This document shows, one piece after another, positions 13,085 through 25,899 of a stretch of 64,000 nucleotides of DNA. Position 1 is the first letter of the stretch, and the number at the start of each line of letters is the position of its first letter. The DNA is taken from assembly GCA_044892525.1 (NCBI GenBank), contig CM097887.1, positions 16,802,001-16,866,000 on the forward strand. Reading direction: 5' to 3'. This stretch comes from Schmidtea polychroa. Taxonomy: Eukaryota. A program made the position numbers and the translations under genes. The notes under the pieces are model-generated. The model ran no database searches. It was not told the origin of the DNA and was given only the letters and a program-made list of their open reading frames with translations.

Positions 13085-16039
13085 TTATAAGAACATTTTT
13101 CAATTTCCACCACTGATTTCTTTTCAATTGACAATTTATTTATTAAATTGCTGGACTATGAATCAGTTAATATATCGATGATTTGTATTGTTATCAGCGC
13201 AAATGAAAAATTATATAAAATATAACAAACATCACTTAAATAATGTTGATTTTCTGTAATTTAATAACTGTTTGATAACTTTAATTCGCATAATTACTCC
13301 AAAAATATGTTTTGATTTTCCACCATTCTGCTAATTCTATATAGATTGAATTTGACTCTGAGAAGTAGTTGTAAATAAACTCAATTTCTTAACCGATACC
13401 TATTGTAATGGTTATAACCTATCATAAACCTTTCAATTTCAAATATGTGCCTTTCCTATCACGTTAAGCACCTAACTTGAAAACTATTACATATTCAACA
13501 TTCTAGGAATCAAGAATATATCGCAATATTTTATCATAATCCAAGGCAACAGATTAAGAATATGTTCAACATTTTTCATAATATTAAAATAAATGTTACA
13601 TTATATGTTCTTTCAAGGAAAGCAAGAAATTCCATGAGGCCTGTAAAGCACAGTTTATAAATGTCGCCAAATGGCAATCAGCGAGCCATAAATTCAGTTA
13701 CGCTGCTATTTTAAAGTTGAAATGAAAATAAAATCAATTTGCTGTAAACAACATTTTTATTTTAATAATATTTAATGATTATAATTATATATGGATAAAA
13801 GAAATAACTTAAGAAAAATATATAGGAACTTGAGATAAAAACAATTGACATTAATACTAGAACGACTGAAGGAAATCTATCGAATAAAAGGCATGAACTA
13901 ATTAAGCAAATCTGTTTCATATAGGGGAAAATGCTTGTTGCTTATCAGCATGTTGATTAGGAACATAAAAAATATAAAATATCTGTTGCGAAAATTTTCA
14001 GAAAATTAATTGTTTTTAATACATATTTTTTAGCTTTTAAGTAAATTCAAATTTCAGCAACAATTTTTTTATATTTTCACTTCTTTTTTCTTCATTGTTG
14101 CTTTCAATGTGAGCTTAAATTCCAATTCATAATTAAAACTATGCATTTTGACTTTTTAAAATTTCATTAATATTTAAATAGAATTTTCTAAATTGTTGTG
14201 ATTGTTTTATTTCATCTTGAGCTATTTCATTTTCTGAACCTGATTCTGAGTTTTGACGATTTCCAGTTTGACCACTATGATTGCTGTTCTTCGGGAGAAA
14301 AAAAATCTTTGAAATAATCATTCTACAAAAGGTTTTATTTTAGATTTTCATTTTGTTTTGAATTATTTTCTTTAATTGACATCATTTCTTTATTTCTTCG
14401 TTTTTCCATTTCCTTTTCCAGGATATCCAATAAATTCAGCGATAGTTCAATATTTATGTTTTTTTAATTTTCCCAGAATATAAAATTTTTTATTACTATT
14501 GTAATTAAATTTGCTTCATTTTCATTTCTTGAACAGCTAGAATTAATATATTTTTCAAACCGCTAACAAAGTTTCCTTCGAAGCGTTCTAATTCAAGTTC
14601 AATCATTTAAAGCTTTATTCACCCAATCAATTAGTTTTAAAAATCTATTTATAGCTGCTGATAATGGTCCCAGCGCCTTTTTGCATCTAATATCAATTTT
14701 GAATCGTTTTCTTCATTTTGTTGTATATTCTTTAAAAAATTTCTCAGCTCAAATTGATGAATTTTTAAAAAACTTAATTATTTTTCTCATTCTGTATAAT
14801 GCAGATTTAAGATCAGAAACTAATTCGTAATTTTCCAATATTTCTTCCATTAGTATATTTTCATAATGATTCATTTTCCTCATATTCTTGGTTCTTTTCC
14901 CATCATAGTCTTCTTCGTTTTTAGTCTTGTTTTCACCTAGTTCTAGAACGTCTATATCTGAATCAACCTCTAAGTACTGCAATATGAACTGCATGATTGT
15001 TGCACAATTGTTTTTCTGTTGCAGTAATTATACAATACTTAACCATTACATTAGTACCATCAATTGTTAATACAAAAATATCCCCTGTCAAATTTATTCC
15101 AAATTCTTTTAAAAAGTCCTCCAATTTCTAGATTTTTTCTCTAATTGAAACAAGCTCAATGACAAATTTCTTTGAATTTTAAGAACTCCAAAAAAAGCGT
15201 ATAAATACTTATGTCATTATTTCAGCTATAGTATTTTTTGGGTTTCTGCACACTAACATTTGAAATAATTTTAAATATGAATAAGTACCATATTTAAAAT
15301 TTTAGGGACCATTATAAATATTTCACTAACAATATAGATTTTGTGATAGCAATTTTACATTCTGAAAACCCCTAAATACGTTTGTTTACCCACATAGAAA
15401 AACCGCTTTCTCATTTCCATAAAACATATTTTGGACGATTTGTACAAAATGTAATGTAATAACCATTTATTACTCTTTAAAAAATTGTTTTCTATTACAT
15501 TTCGACTACAACAATATAAACAATATAAATGAGAATATTTTTTTTATTTCAATCATATAGCAATTATTATATTGTTGTTGGTGATATGTATTTATCGATT
15601 GTGCACTATCGACCAATAAAAAACCAAATATTGATCATAAGTTTAAAAAAGAAATTGATGAAGAAAAGTCATAAAAGATAGTAAATTTTAATTATGCAAG
15701 TTAATAATAATAAAGAAATTATTATGTGATCATTAATGCAAAAGAAATATTATGAATTATTATGTTTGCAAATAAATCAAATATACACAAAAACGGACTT
15801 TGTAAAACCAAACGCAAAGAATGACAGTCATTCAGATAATACAGTGCAAATTGTATCTTGTCTATGTTGTAAAAAAATCGTTCAAGTGGCGCTTTCATAA
15901 TTTTGAAATACGTGTAATGAGGTTTCAGTATACCAATTAAGAACCTTTGTCTTACCAAATATATTTAATGTTATTTAATTTCTAATATCAGCTTTCCGTA
16001 AACCTTTTAGGTTTAAATTATAGTTCTGGTCAAAATCCC

Positions 16040-16115
<76 letters not shown>

Positions 16116-16669
16116 TAATGAAGTTGTTTTTAAACTTTCTTACGGATTAGTTATTTTTGAATTTGGTTTAAATTTTAATTAAGTATTTATTTTATTATTC
16201 TATTTTAGGTACCCTCAACTTTACGATGATTCTTTGGGATTAATATATCGAGAAATTTATGAAATAAAATTTGGATAAAAATCAATCAAATCTTTTAGAA
16301 ATTTATAAAAATTATAGTCTACCTAATATTTCCAAAATATTTGTCTCGAGCTTTTTTAATTTGCTCCTCAATATCTGAACGATAAAGATTTTTCAATTTT
16401 TCATCTACTTCTTCTTCAACTTTTTTTTCCCAGTGATTTTTCACCGATTTCAATTGATCCTAAGAAAATTCAAACTCGAAAATAATTTAACTATATAGGG
16501 AAAATTAACTTGTAAAGGTGTTTCAAACATTTGTTTGCATCTATTTAATAGGGATGATTTAAAATTCCACTTAGAATCATTGTCATCATCAAGTTTGGCA
16601 ATATTAAAACACAAATTAGCATATGTGACACTGTATGCTTCTTCCTTAACAGCCTAATTAATAATGATA

Positions 16670-16753
<84 letters not shown>

Positions 16754-19700
16754 GAAAAATAAAAATAAATGACTTTAATTTCTTTTAATGAGTTCTTTTA
16801 CACTCGTCATATAATAAAGTTATTTGAAATATTAAGTTTTATAGATCAAATGAGATTTGTATAAACACATTTTGACGCCTACAAATACGTAAACATATAC
16901 TAACAAATTGGTAATTTGAACAATTTTTATATAGGCTGGTAGTGACAATAATCTAGATAGAATTACAAAATTTAAGATTAACGTGTTTCATAAATTATAC
17001 GTGGAAATATATTTTTATAAAAAAACGAGCATTTTCATACAGTAAATGAATAAATTAATATTACTCTATTTTACAATATTTTTCATGCTATTAGACCAAA
17101 TAATATTTTCTTTTTATCAACAAATAAAAATATGGGTTCTATAATTGGATGTAATAGATAATGCATAATTTATATTGTAGATCATAAGTTCAATATAAGC
17201 AAAAATTTCGCTGTGAAATATTAATATTCGTCAAATCGAGAACCTTCAAAATGAATAACTTTGAAAAATGTCAATTATAAGCTGGTAGAGAATTTTATTC
17301 TGTCTCCAATAAATTAAAGATCTTTTGAGAAATATTTCTTATGTTTTGTTAGAAGTGAGAATTTTGAAAATGTAAACTTCAAAATATTTCACATATCACC
17401 TTATTATAGAGAATTAAATTGTTTGAGAAAATTAAGTTCTCTCAGAAATTCACAAATTCCTTTACAAAATATTAATGTTTTAGGAAAGCTCAATAAAATT
17501 TTAAATATTTTAAAACAATACTCAAATACCTTTAAAATAATCCAATTATCAATAATCATCAGAAAATAAAAAAAAATTCCGATTTTTATAAAAATTCTTC
17601 TAAATCAAGTGCAAATAATACAAACACATTTATAAATTGTTATTAAAATCCTATCATTTTCCGCTGATTTAAACACATGCGACCCAATTAAAACAAGTCA
17701 ATGTAATAAAAATGTTAAATTGTATTCTAAGACACTTTCGTTCTCAATCTGATAAATGGTTATCGAAACAAATAGGCATTTAAATATAAATAAATAATGC
17801 ATTAATTGTGAAAACAAAAAATCCGCAAAACTATGTCCTGAATAAATTTCTTAAATGAATTATGTATATTTTAGAAAATATTTTCAATCAGTTTGTTCAT
17901 ATTTTGAAGAATCGACTATTGAGTTTCTACTTGAAATGTAATTTCTAGAATTATTTCACTGTTCCAACAAATCTCAGAAATAAAATTCTACTAATCAATA
18001 GAATTACTTCTGCGAAAATAATGTCATTTTTTCAATATTGATCGACAGATTTTATGGAGGAAAACATTCAATAATACAAAACAAAGCTTTTCGTGCTTTA
18101 CTGGTCAAAATTTATTATCAACTCAGACACAGCTTAATAACTGTAATATTTTATGACCAAATTTACCCCCTGTAATACAAATTCCTAACCCAACTGAAAT
18201 CCAAATTAACAGCAAGAGAAAATTGCATAAAAATTATAATGTTTACACATAGCTGATTTCTTTAAACTTCAAGCTCCAATTACAAATGTATAAATACGTG
18301 AACCAATATTTATAATTAAGACAATGGATTATATATTTTTCTGGGTCAATGACAACATGAAAACATACAAAAAATCATAACAAATTTGTAATCTATAATT
18401 ATACTTGAAATTTTTCACATAATAAATATTGAAAGAATTAATTTACTTCTTTAATTATATAAGAGTCACTCAGTAAATGAAAGCAAATAATGCTATTATG
18501 CAACTGATCGACTTTTATCAACTTTTAATTTCAATCTTACCGGGTGCATAATTTGTCTATTTTAATGAAATTTGTTTTTTTTTAAATTGTTACGATGTTA
18601 CTTATTAAAGCTTAAAAATTTGAATATCAATTTGTACCTAGGGGCCATCTACGAAAGGCATCATGCGCCTGAAGAAGAGGAAGAAGTTGTTTTCAGAAAT
18701 GTGACGTCACATGAAATTAGATCAAACATCAGCACTAAATTTGATAACCGTAATTATCACCACACTTAAACAACACTAATAATAATGATTATTTCTTTTC
18801 TAATTTTTTGACTATTTACATTTTGTTTAGTTCACCGCCATACTTCAGATTAAAATAGTTCTGATCATTGAATTTTTTTATCAAAATTTTTTTTAGCGGG
18901 ATACAGAGCTTTGGGATATATTATTTGAAGGTGCATATAACTTTTTGTGACTAGGGAGTGTAAAATGGGCTAAATTGTCGTGACGCCATTTATTGACGGC
19001 CCCAGACTAAATTTGGAAAATCATATTATTTCAAATGGTCGTTTAACTGATTAAGTTTCAGTTATTATTATTTTTTAGACATTCTTAATATATTCGAATA
19101 ATAGGTTAATAATAATCAAATAAGATATCTACCAGTCTGCCCAATAAGTACCCAGACTGCCGATGATAGAATATTTTTTGATAATTATTTTTGTTATCAT
19201 AAGTTGCATGTATAATGGAATAATAGGTTATTGAAATATTTAGTTACATTGAATTATTCTTTATTTGTTTTCGAGAGCGTCATTTCAGAATTTCACGCAA
19301 GTCATGCTACATCCAGTGAAATGTCGCAGTGCAATAACATTTTTCATTATGGGTGGAGACAAAAAAGTGACAATTTTAACTCAGTTGATGGACAGACTTA
19401 CTAATGTATTAGTCAGTTAAGACATGGTCGAGAATCAGTGTTTGGTAATGAAATATGTGGTCGTCCATGTGAAAGTTCTGATGAAAAGAAAGCGCAATGT
19501 GCCAGGATCGTGAGTGAATCACCACGAGAAAGCTTTTCAGAGACATTGAACCATTTTGAGTGACTTCGGCATTCTAAAATTGGTATCCAGATTCGTTAAT
19601 TGCTGTCTCGCCATGTAGATGTGTCCAAACTGGCTGGAATGCTGCTTGGCAAATATTCTCATCTCCGAAGAGCATAGAGATAACTTCCTGAAGAATATCA

Positions 19701-22700
19701 TCACTGAGAATGAAATACCACCCGCACTCTATGTTAACTAATCAAAACGAGAATCCAGGTTAATCTGGTTCCAGGAAGTTCCGATTAGACACATCCCATC
19801 GGAAATCCATGATGCTGAAAATTTTCTGGGATCAAGCAGTTGTTTTATTCGCCGATTTTGCGGGAAAAGATGCGCGCATAAACTACATTGGTCTTATACA
19901 AAAGTGCAGACATGTTCGACGAAACCCACATTACTATCCACTGTAACTATTGCAAGATAATGTACCTATTCACGAAAATGCCGAAATAATAACAATGATT
20001 GTGAAAAATGGATTTGTGTTGCTGGATCACCTTCCATACAGCCCGGATCTCGCACCAAGCGATTTTTATTTATTTAGCCACACGAAGAGACATTTGAGAG
20101 GCCAAATGTTTGAAAAGGCTGATGATATGCGTCAGAATATGGAGGATTTCATGAAGGAGCAACCACCAATTTTCTACAAAATATACTTTCCTGGAACTTC
20201 TTGAGCGCTGAAAGAAATGTGTGGTTCATGAGGAGTCTTATGTTGCAAAAATGGTATAAGTGTTCCTGTGTTGTAATATGGAACTTCTGGAATTTCGCCT
20301 TCTTATTTAGTCTGAGTATTTATTGTGCTCACCACGTATATGACAGTTTATAAATAAATGGAAAAATTAGACAATTAAAATATATGACAAAAATTGAAAC
20401 AGAATTTTTTCACGAGTTCAGAATTATGAAATTGTGTCGTAGATATCACAGCATTTATTGATAGGCATGATAAATTATATGAAATTTGTCAAATAAATAA
20501 ATTAATAATTTACACATTTTATTAATTTTTATCAAAACAATCATTATAACTTAAACATTTTTGATAATTAATGGTTTGAAAGTAATATATGAAATAATCG
20601 AAACTGGGACTTTAATTGAAAATAGAAATCCTACCTTATCGAAGATTTCCTCAATTAAACAGTCGATGCAGTCATCAATTTTGACATTTTGCTGGTCACT
20701 TGACTTTATAATGGTTTTGATCTCGTTGATGCATAATGAGAAATTCTGAGGTGCAATTTTATTTAATATACACTTTAGATTACGACGACAATTTTCCAGG
20801 TTTTTATTAAGAGAACACTCTTCCTTCAATCTTAAATGTGGCGGTAGATAACCATTGACTATCCGACTAAGTGACCCCATTCTAGGTGATCCGATGTTAA
20901 TAATTTTTCCAAACCTTTTACTTTTCCCATAGAACTAAACCAAATTGGAATTAATCGTATGTAAATATTACATATTGGTATCGAATGAATTTATAACATT
21001 ATTCATATGAAAAATGAATTTATAACATTATTCATATGAAAAATTCAATTATATTATATCCAGCTGTAAAAAATAATTCATCAAGTAGCGATTGTGATAA
21101 AGATAAGCATTGAGTTTTAGCGTGAATTGTAAATTCCAGCGTAAAATTTTGTGAATTATTATTATTACAAATAAGCAAATTCGGCATATCTTACAAAAAA
21201 TGATTAAAAAATTTGAATTGTTTTATTAAAATATTATTGAGTATTGAAATTGTTTCTATTACACATTTTTGTGACAAGTTAGAATTAATTTTGTAACATT
21301 ATCGCAAATTATAGCATAGTTTTCATTTATGATGTGTAAAATATACAGAAAACTATCCATGATTTATCATATTCTTCAATTACTTGAACCCATAAATGGT
21401 GATCTAATTTATCCGTCCGAAAAAACAATCCACTTAACCCTTTCCAGCCCAAATTTTTTCAAAACAAAAAAAAATATATGCAGTAAGTAGGTACCAAAAC
21501 TACTTATTTTATCATAAAAATACAAATTTACAAATTTAGTGAGATAAAAATTGTGCCAACTGTTAAAAACATATCTTACTATAGTTCTCACTAGTTACTG
21601 CCAACCGTTTTGGTGTTAGAGAGAAAAAAACTGAGTTTTTAACTAATGATTCCATTTGGAATCACTGGGCTGGAAAGGGTTAAAATAATATTAAACTGTT
21701 CTGCTTTATTGAATCACTCAATTTCTGGATTTGAACATGCGGTCACTTTATTATTCTTTAATTTATCCTATTTTACCTTTTTCATCGAGATGATGATTAT
21801 TATTTGAGAACGGTTGAAATTATTCAGAAATGAAGCAAAAACATCGGTTAGATATTATTCTTTTATTTTTTATTTTATTATCTTTTATGTAATTAATTGA
21901 AAACTAAAAGTTCTATTTAGAACTAGATAATGACCTATCGATAACCTTATATTATTAATTACTGTTTACACATTCATCCCTTACCTGCTTAGTAAACATT
22001 CAGTTCAATATGCTGCATCCTGATCATTAACTAATAATTTGTTGCAAATAATATATAAATTTATAACAAATAATACATAAAACAAAACAAATAATGTATA
22101 ATTTATAACAAATAATAAAAAAATTTATAAAAAATAATATATAAATTTAAAAAAAATAATATAGAAATATAGAAAAAATAATATATAATTTATAAAAGAT
22201 AATATATAATTTATAAAAAAATAATATATAATTTATAAAAGATAATATATAATTTATAAAAAATAATATATAAATTAAAAAAAAATAATATATAAATTTA
22301 AAAAAAATAATATATAATTTATAAAAAAATAATATATAATTTATAAAAGATAATATATAATTTATAAAAAATAATATATAAATTTATAAAAAATAATATA
22401 TAATTTATAAAAGATAATATAAAATTTATAAAAAATAATATATAATTTATAAAAAATAAAACAAATAATATTTAAAATATAAAAATTTATAAAAAATAAT
22501 ATATAAATTTACAACAAATAATACATGAAAATATAATAAATTACATTTAGATTATATAAACAAATAATGTATAATTTATAACAAATATTAAAAATATTTA
22601 TAATAAATAATATATAATTTATAAAAAATAATATATAAATTTATAAAAAATAATATATAAATTTATACAAAATAATATATAAATTTACAACAAATTTTAA

Positions 22701-23645
22701 CTAGAAAACTTTCAGTAGCTTATAAGAACAGAATTTCCGAAATTTCCAAACTTATCTCATCATTTATCAAAATTAAAACAACAATATATTAATTAAAACA
22801 ACGGATAATGTAATGCACGAACATTTAAATATAAAAAAATTGGACATGTTTTAGACTTTGGAACTGATTTATTCAAATTGAAAACTGAATTAGACAAAAG
22901 AAAAAAAACTTACTTCTAACAATTTCGATGCATCAGTCGGCTAGATTGATATAAAACAAATTATATATTTAAAAAAATATTACCGTAGTGTTAATAATCT
23001 CTTTGCATTCGAATTTTTCTAAAGTAGAAGGCAATTTCTGACTTCTTGTGGATTTCCCAATTTCTATCAATGAATCTCGATGATAGATCTTACGCTCATT
23101 TTCATCTAGAATCGTTTTGCTATGCAAATCAGTATCCGATGAGGAAATGATTTGATTAATTAATTTATCCTCAAATAGATTGTCTAATTTGTTTGGTATA
23201 GACTGTGATTGTTTAATTGATTGGGAGGACAAAAGTAAGGAATTTGGTTTTAAGATGGTTTCTTCGAGGATTTCTGGTTTAATAGTTTCAACTTCTTTAA
23301 CCGAAGTGACAGAAACAGATATCACTGGTAATTCTAGTTTTCCATCATAAGAATTTGTTGATTCTTTGGAAATCATTAAATTAGGAATAAGTGGTTGTGA
23401 TTGATCCGATGGCTTTATTTCATCAATTAAAATGTTCTTTGATTTAGAAATCTTATTCAAATCAAGCACTTCATTCTTAGTGGGATCAATGACCGTCAAC
23501 GGTTTACTTTCACGTTTTTCAACTTTAGCTCGTTGAGAAGAATCGGGAACAATTGTATTATAGAAGTTTTGACTAGCTTGTGGCATGTAATTAGGATTTT
23601 GTATGTAGTTATAATTATACGGATTAAAATTGTTGTAATACACAC
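737..23645 (-). CDS. eIF4G: Eukaryotic translation initiation factor 4 gamma, spliced gene (first and last exons unresolved)
   Basis: Phase-consistent GT-AG exon chain: 23645-22984, 20934-20635, 16653-16510, 16459-16323, 11570-11134, 7111-6967, 6919-6646, 6601-6444, 5428-4917, 877-737. It encodes the eIF4E-binding motif (KIYHRDSLI), MIF4G (LKCILNKIAPQNF...YANLC...GNIRFIGELY), MA3 (DLITDIPTIWTFLAEI) and a W2-like segment. Confidence 0.9.
1794..3364 (+). mobile_element. Internally deleted hAT DNA transposon
   Basis: TIRs CGGTGCCAGATT / AATCCGGCACTG; perfect 8-bp TSD TCGATGAG (1786-1793, 3365-3372); transposase N-terminal relic (2002-) and C-terminal dimerisation relic (...LKLIKNELRTCMQQERLNSLSSMSIE). 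Confidence 0.9.
3720..4215 (+). mobile_element. Degenerate Penelope-like RT fragment
   Basis: Frameshifted translation DLSEQDFIEIVKLAIN...KPFKQIHGLAMGNNFSPILAICYM...KRYIDDIF...IQFTLELP. Confidence 0.75.
4220..4278 (+). repeat. Dispersed ~150-bp repeat family A, copy truncated by gap
   Basis: GGCAGTG(T/C)CGAAA.TTCGTGA.TATC... shared with 13081-13200 (-), 49455-49600 and 54970-55115. Confidence 0.7.
4917..5428 (-). CDS. eIF4G: eIF4G exon: end of MA3 and start of W2
   Basis: cctag|A TTA gives (G)LNQFVDLIDDLITDIPTIWTFLAEIL...FVNSLAYCLFSFIC; donor G|gtaatc. Confidence 0.85.
6140..6290 (+). repeat. Dispersed repeat family B
   Basis: CTATGAAATA.TCCTTTTCAATCTGCGTA...TTTTGATTGGATCT also at 45636-45790; both copies lie just after an N gap. 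Confidence 0.65.
6444..7111 (-). CDS. eIF4G: eIF4G three exons (7111-6967, 6919-6646, 6601-6444): linker and start of MA3
   Basis: 47-nt and 44-nt GT-AG introns restore one frame; ends WLDKIMEKKQRDRHLVGDQLANLV...LIEG. Confidence 0.75.
7446..7676. mobile_element. piggyBac-type MITE
   Basis: TTAA|CCTCTTAAGTGG ... CCACTCAAGAGG|TTAA. Confidence 0.75.
11134..11570 (-). CDS. eIF4G: eIF4G exon: end of MIF4G domain
   Basis: (R)FIGELYVHDLLKPKIIHCCVNSLL...LCKLLETCGKKFD...RIRCKILDIIEMSERKW. Confidence 0.92.
12005..12050 (+). ncRNA. Minimal hammerhead-ribozyme-like motif (PLE type)
   Basis: CTGATGA-T-[GATAG tcatg CTATC]-GAAA-TATATA; core intact, stem I weak. Confidence 0.55.
13006..13080. repeat. (TA)n microsatellite
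   Basis: Direct reading. Confidence 0.95.
13081..13200 (-). repeat. Dispersed repeat family A copy abutting (TA)n
   Basis: Reverse complement of the 49.5 kb and 55.0 kb copies. Confidence 0.65.
14140..15200 (-). pseudogene. Degenerate hAT (Ac-like) transposase
   Basis: LYRMRKIIKFFKNS and KLILDAKRRW motifs, with stops and frameshifts. Confidence 0.5.
16042..16114. repeat. (TA)n(TG)n microsatellite
   Basis: Direct reading. Confidence 0.95.
16323..16653 (-). CDS. eIF4G: eIF4G two exons (16653-16510, 16459-16323) split by a 50-nt intron: MIF4G core
   Basis: AVKEEAYSVTYANLC...FKSSLLNRCKQMFE | DQLKIGE...KARDKYFGNI(R); missed by the ORF track. Confidence 0.88.
16660..16750. repeat. (TAA)n/(TGATAA)n microsatellite abutting an eIF4G splice acceptor
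   Basis: Direct reading. Confidence 0.95.
18641..19003. mobile_element. PIF/Harbinger-type MITE (degenerate)
   Basis: Imperfect TIRs GGGGCCATCTACGAAAGGCATCATG / CGTGACGCCATTTATTGACGGCCCC; TSD not conserved. Confidence 0.5.
19290..20336 (+). mobile_element. 5'-truncated mariner (DD34D) transposon relic
   Basis: LQDNVPIH...LDHLPYSPDLAPSDFYLF; right TIR ...TTATTGTGCTCACCACG|TA. Confidence 0.85.
20635..20934 (-). CDS. eIF4G: eIF4G exon: start of MIF4G domain
   Basis: FYGKSKRFG...RRNLKCILNKIAPQNF...LIEEIFDK; ttag| and |gtagga boundaries, phase 0/0. Confidence 0.88.
21438..21679. mobile_element. piggyBac-type MITE
   Basis: Perfect 14-bp TIR CCCTTTCCAGCCCA, TTAA on both sides. Confidence 0.88.
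22050..22700. repeat. AT-only minisatellite, unit ~21-23 bp (ATAATATATAATTTATAAAAA)
   Basis: More than 20 degenerate tandem copies in an eIF4G intron. Confidence 0.9.
22984..23645 (-). CDS. eIF4G: eIF4G exon: N/Q/Y-rich N-terminus and eIF4E-binding motif
   Basis: Acceptor cctcag|GT at 23645, donor ACG|gtaata at 22984; contains Y-HRDS-L-I (YxxxxLphi). Confidence 0.85.
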
Positions 23646-24418
23646 CTGAGGAAATATTTTCATATAAATAATGAAGAGTGTTAACAAACTAATTAAGTAT
23701 CATGAATATTGATTTCTACTACTCTATTAAAATATATCTCATTTATTAAATCACAAGCTATTACCTATCAAAAGTGACGGAGCAATTTTTTAGTTTCGAT
23801 ATATTAAAATCGCGGCTGAAAATTTATATTTAATTGTATTCAAAACATATAACCATAAAAAAAATTATTAGATTATTAGATGGCAATATAATGAAATTTG
23901 TAATAATTACACATTTTCAAATTGTGATTAAATTAGAGTAAGAAAATTTGTACTTATTCTTAAGAATTTTAATGACCCATTGTAATCTAATATCAAAAGA
24001 ATTTCTTACAGTGCAATAAATCCCAAAAATAATTTTCCTTGTGTCTATTTAATAAATGTATTAATAAAGTTATGTCTGAAACAGATTTTTATGCTATATA
24101 GCTCCTATGCTTGTTATTCCCATATTCAAATATTTGAAGAGGACAATTAGTCACTTTTGACCTATGAATCGACTCAAGAAATTTATAGTAGATGAAATTT
24201 TACCCGATAAATAATTATTATAGTTACAAAAAATCTACCAATGCTCTAATAAATGCATATTTTACATCTCTAGATTTTTAGTTTCATAAAAACATTAGAT
24301 TAGATCATTCATCAAAGGAGATGGAAACCGGACCTTTTACACAAATAGGTAAAATTTGAGTTAAATTTTCTTTAATCAAATGGCGAGTCAGTCATTATGT
24401 GAATAATTAAAAAAATTT

Positions 24419-24422
<4 letters not shown>

Positions 24423-24482
<60 letters not shown>
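24423..24482. repeat. (TA)n microsatellite
   Basis: Direct reading. Confidence 0.95.
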
Positions 24483-24486
<4 letters not shown>

Positions 24487-25353
24487 TCGATTTTATTATG
24501 AATAAAACAAAAAATAAACATTAAAAATGTTTGAAAACCCCAACATAAGATGAAGAAAAATTCATTATACTTTATATAGCTTCACTTTAATAATGACCAG
24601 AAATTTTCTTTGTCAGTATTTCCTTAACAGTATGTATCACCACCTATTCCCATTCTGTTGTGAATATATGATGTTTTAGTAAAAAAATAAGTTCCTCATA
24701 TTTTGCTGAATAGCCTATATACATATACATATACATTAGTTTTTCTTTTATCTATTGTCAATCTAATTCAAAAGCATTTAACCTATTATATTATCAGTTA
24801 TTTAATAATCTTCCATATAATGCTACCTATCATACGGTTAATATTGATATATCAATGTGATTATCTTTCAATTAACCACTTTCAGTAAAGTTAATTCAAT
24901 TTATCCTTATTTTTCTTTAGATCCGCAGTTCTCTATAAAAAATTAGTAGTTACAAACAGCTAACTAATTTTAGAATAGCATTTATATTAGACTTAATCAG
25001 AAATGAAAGAAATAGGTTGTTGGAAATTGCTTGTAACAGTTACTTTAAATTATTATTTAATAAAGATCGTTTGTTTGAATATGCCTACATTGATACTTTA
25101 TTTGTAAAAAATTATCGAAGAGGATACTTGTAGTGAATTAAAAATATCAAAAACTTTAAATTGGAAAAAAAACATTTATATTATTATGAAATAATTCATT
25201 TGTTTAAATATTCGTGTTTTTTGTTTGATTTAAAAAAATATTATCTCTTGGGCCCTACACACCACCCGCGCGTCATCACCTTCTTCATACAATCTTTCGG
25301 ACCTAAACTCGTTTCTGTCAATGTAGACGTTACAATAAAGGTGTCCAAACTCA

Positions 25354-25899
25354 TTGACACACTACAGCGACATTTTTCATACGGCGGTCCCCTGTTGCTT
25401 TCTTTTAATGGCACTTTTTGACGCCGGTGTCACCTCAGGGTCCACTATTATATCATATTCCCCTATATATGGCGGAGCACCATCTAGCGTAGATAGTGAC
25501 CCCGAAATTGAGGATAAGAAGCCCAAAACAGTCACAAAAAAGCTGAGAGTTGCCCGCGGTGCCGCCTCCGACCAGAGTTCAAAGGCCAACGTTAATTGCC
25601 CATTCTTTCTGGACGAAAACCAATTTCCCTCGACTTGGTTGCTTACACTCAAAGCCCTTCTCGAAAGTTGTTGCGTAACTTCGTCGAGAGATAAATTCTA
25701 CCGAATTTTATCTCTCATCCCTCAAGAACATTTAGGTCGTCTTTTTTCCGTAATTCGTCGCACAACTCCGAAAACTTGTATAACTCCTTTCGAGGAACTC
25801 AGTACCGGCTTGCTGAACCTATTTAAAGTCTCAAGACAGGAGATTTTCTCCAAATATTTTAAAGCCCAGTTTTTTTTGCAGAAAGCAGAAAAACACTAA
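25354..25899 (+). CDS. gag: Ty3/Gypsy-type Gag N-terminal domain ORF (no pol visible)
   Basis: PFFLDENQFPSTWLLTLKALLESCCVTSSRDKFYRILSLIP...PFEELSTGLL..F..S..E fits the PxF...PxxWF..xE..F....IT....KF...I..L gag pattern; locally GC-rich. Confidence 0.65.
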   Translation: MTHYSDIFHTAVPCCFLLMALFDAGVTSGSTIISYSPIYGGAPSSVDSDPEIEDKKPKTVTKKLRVARGAASDQSSKANVNCPFFLDENQFPSTWLLTLKALLESCCVTSSRDKFYRILSLIPQEHLGRLFSVIRRTTPKTCITPFEELSTGLLNLFKVSRQEIFSKYFKAQFFLQKAEKH

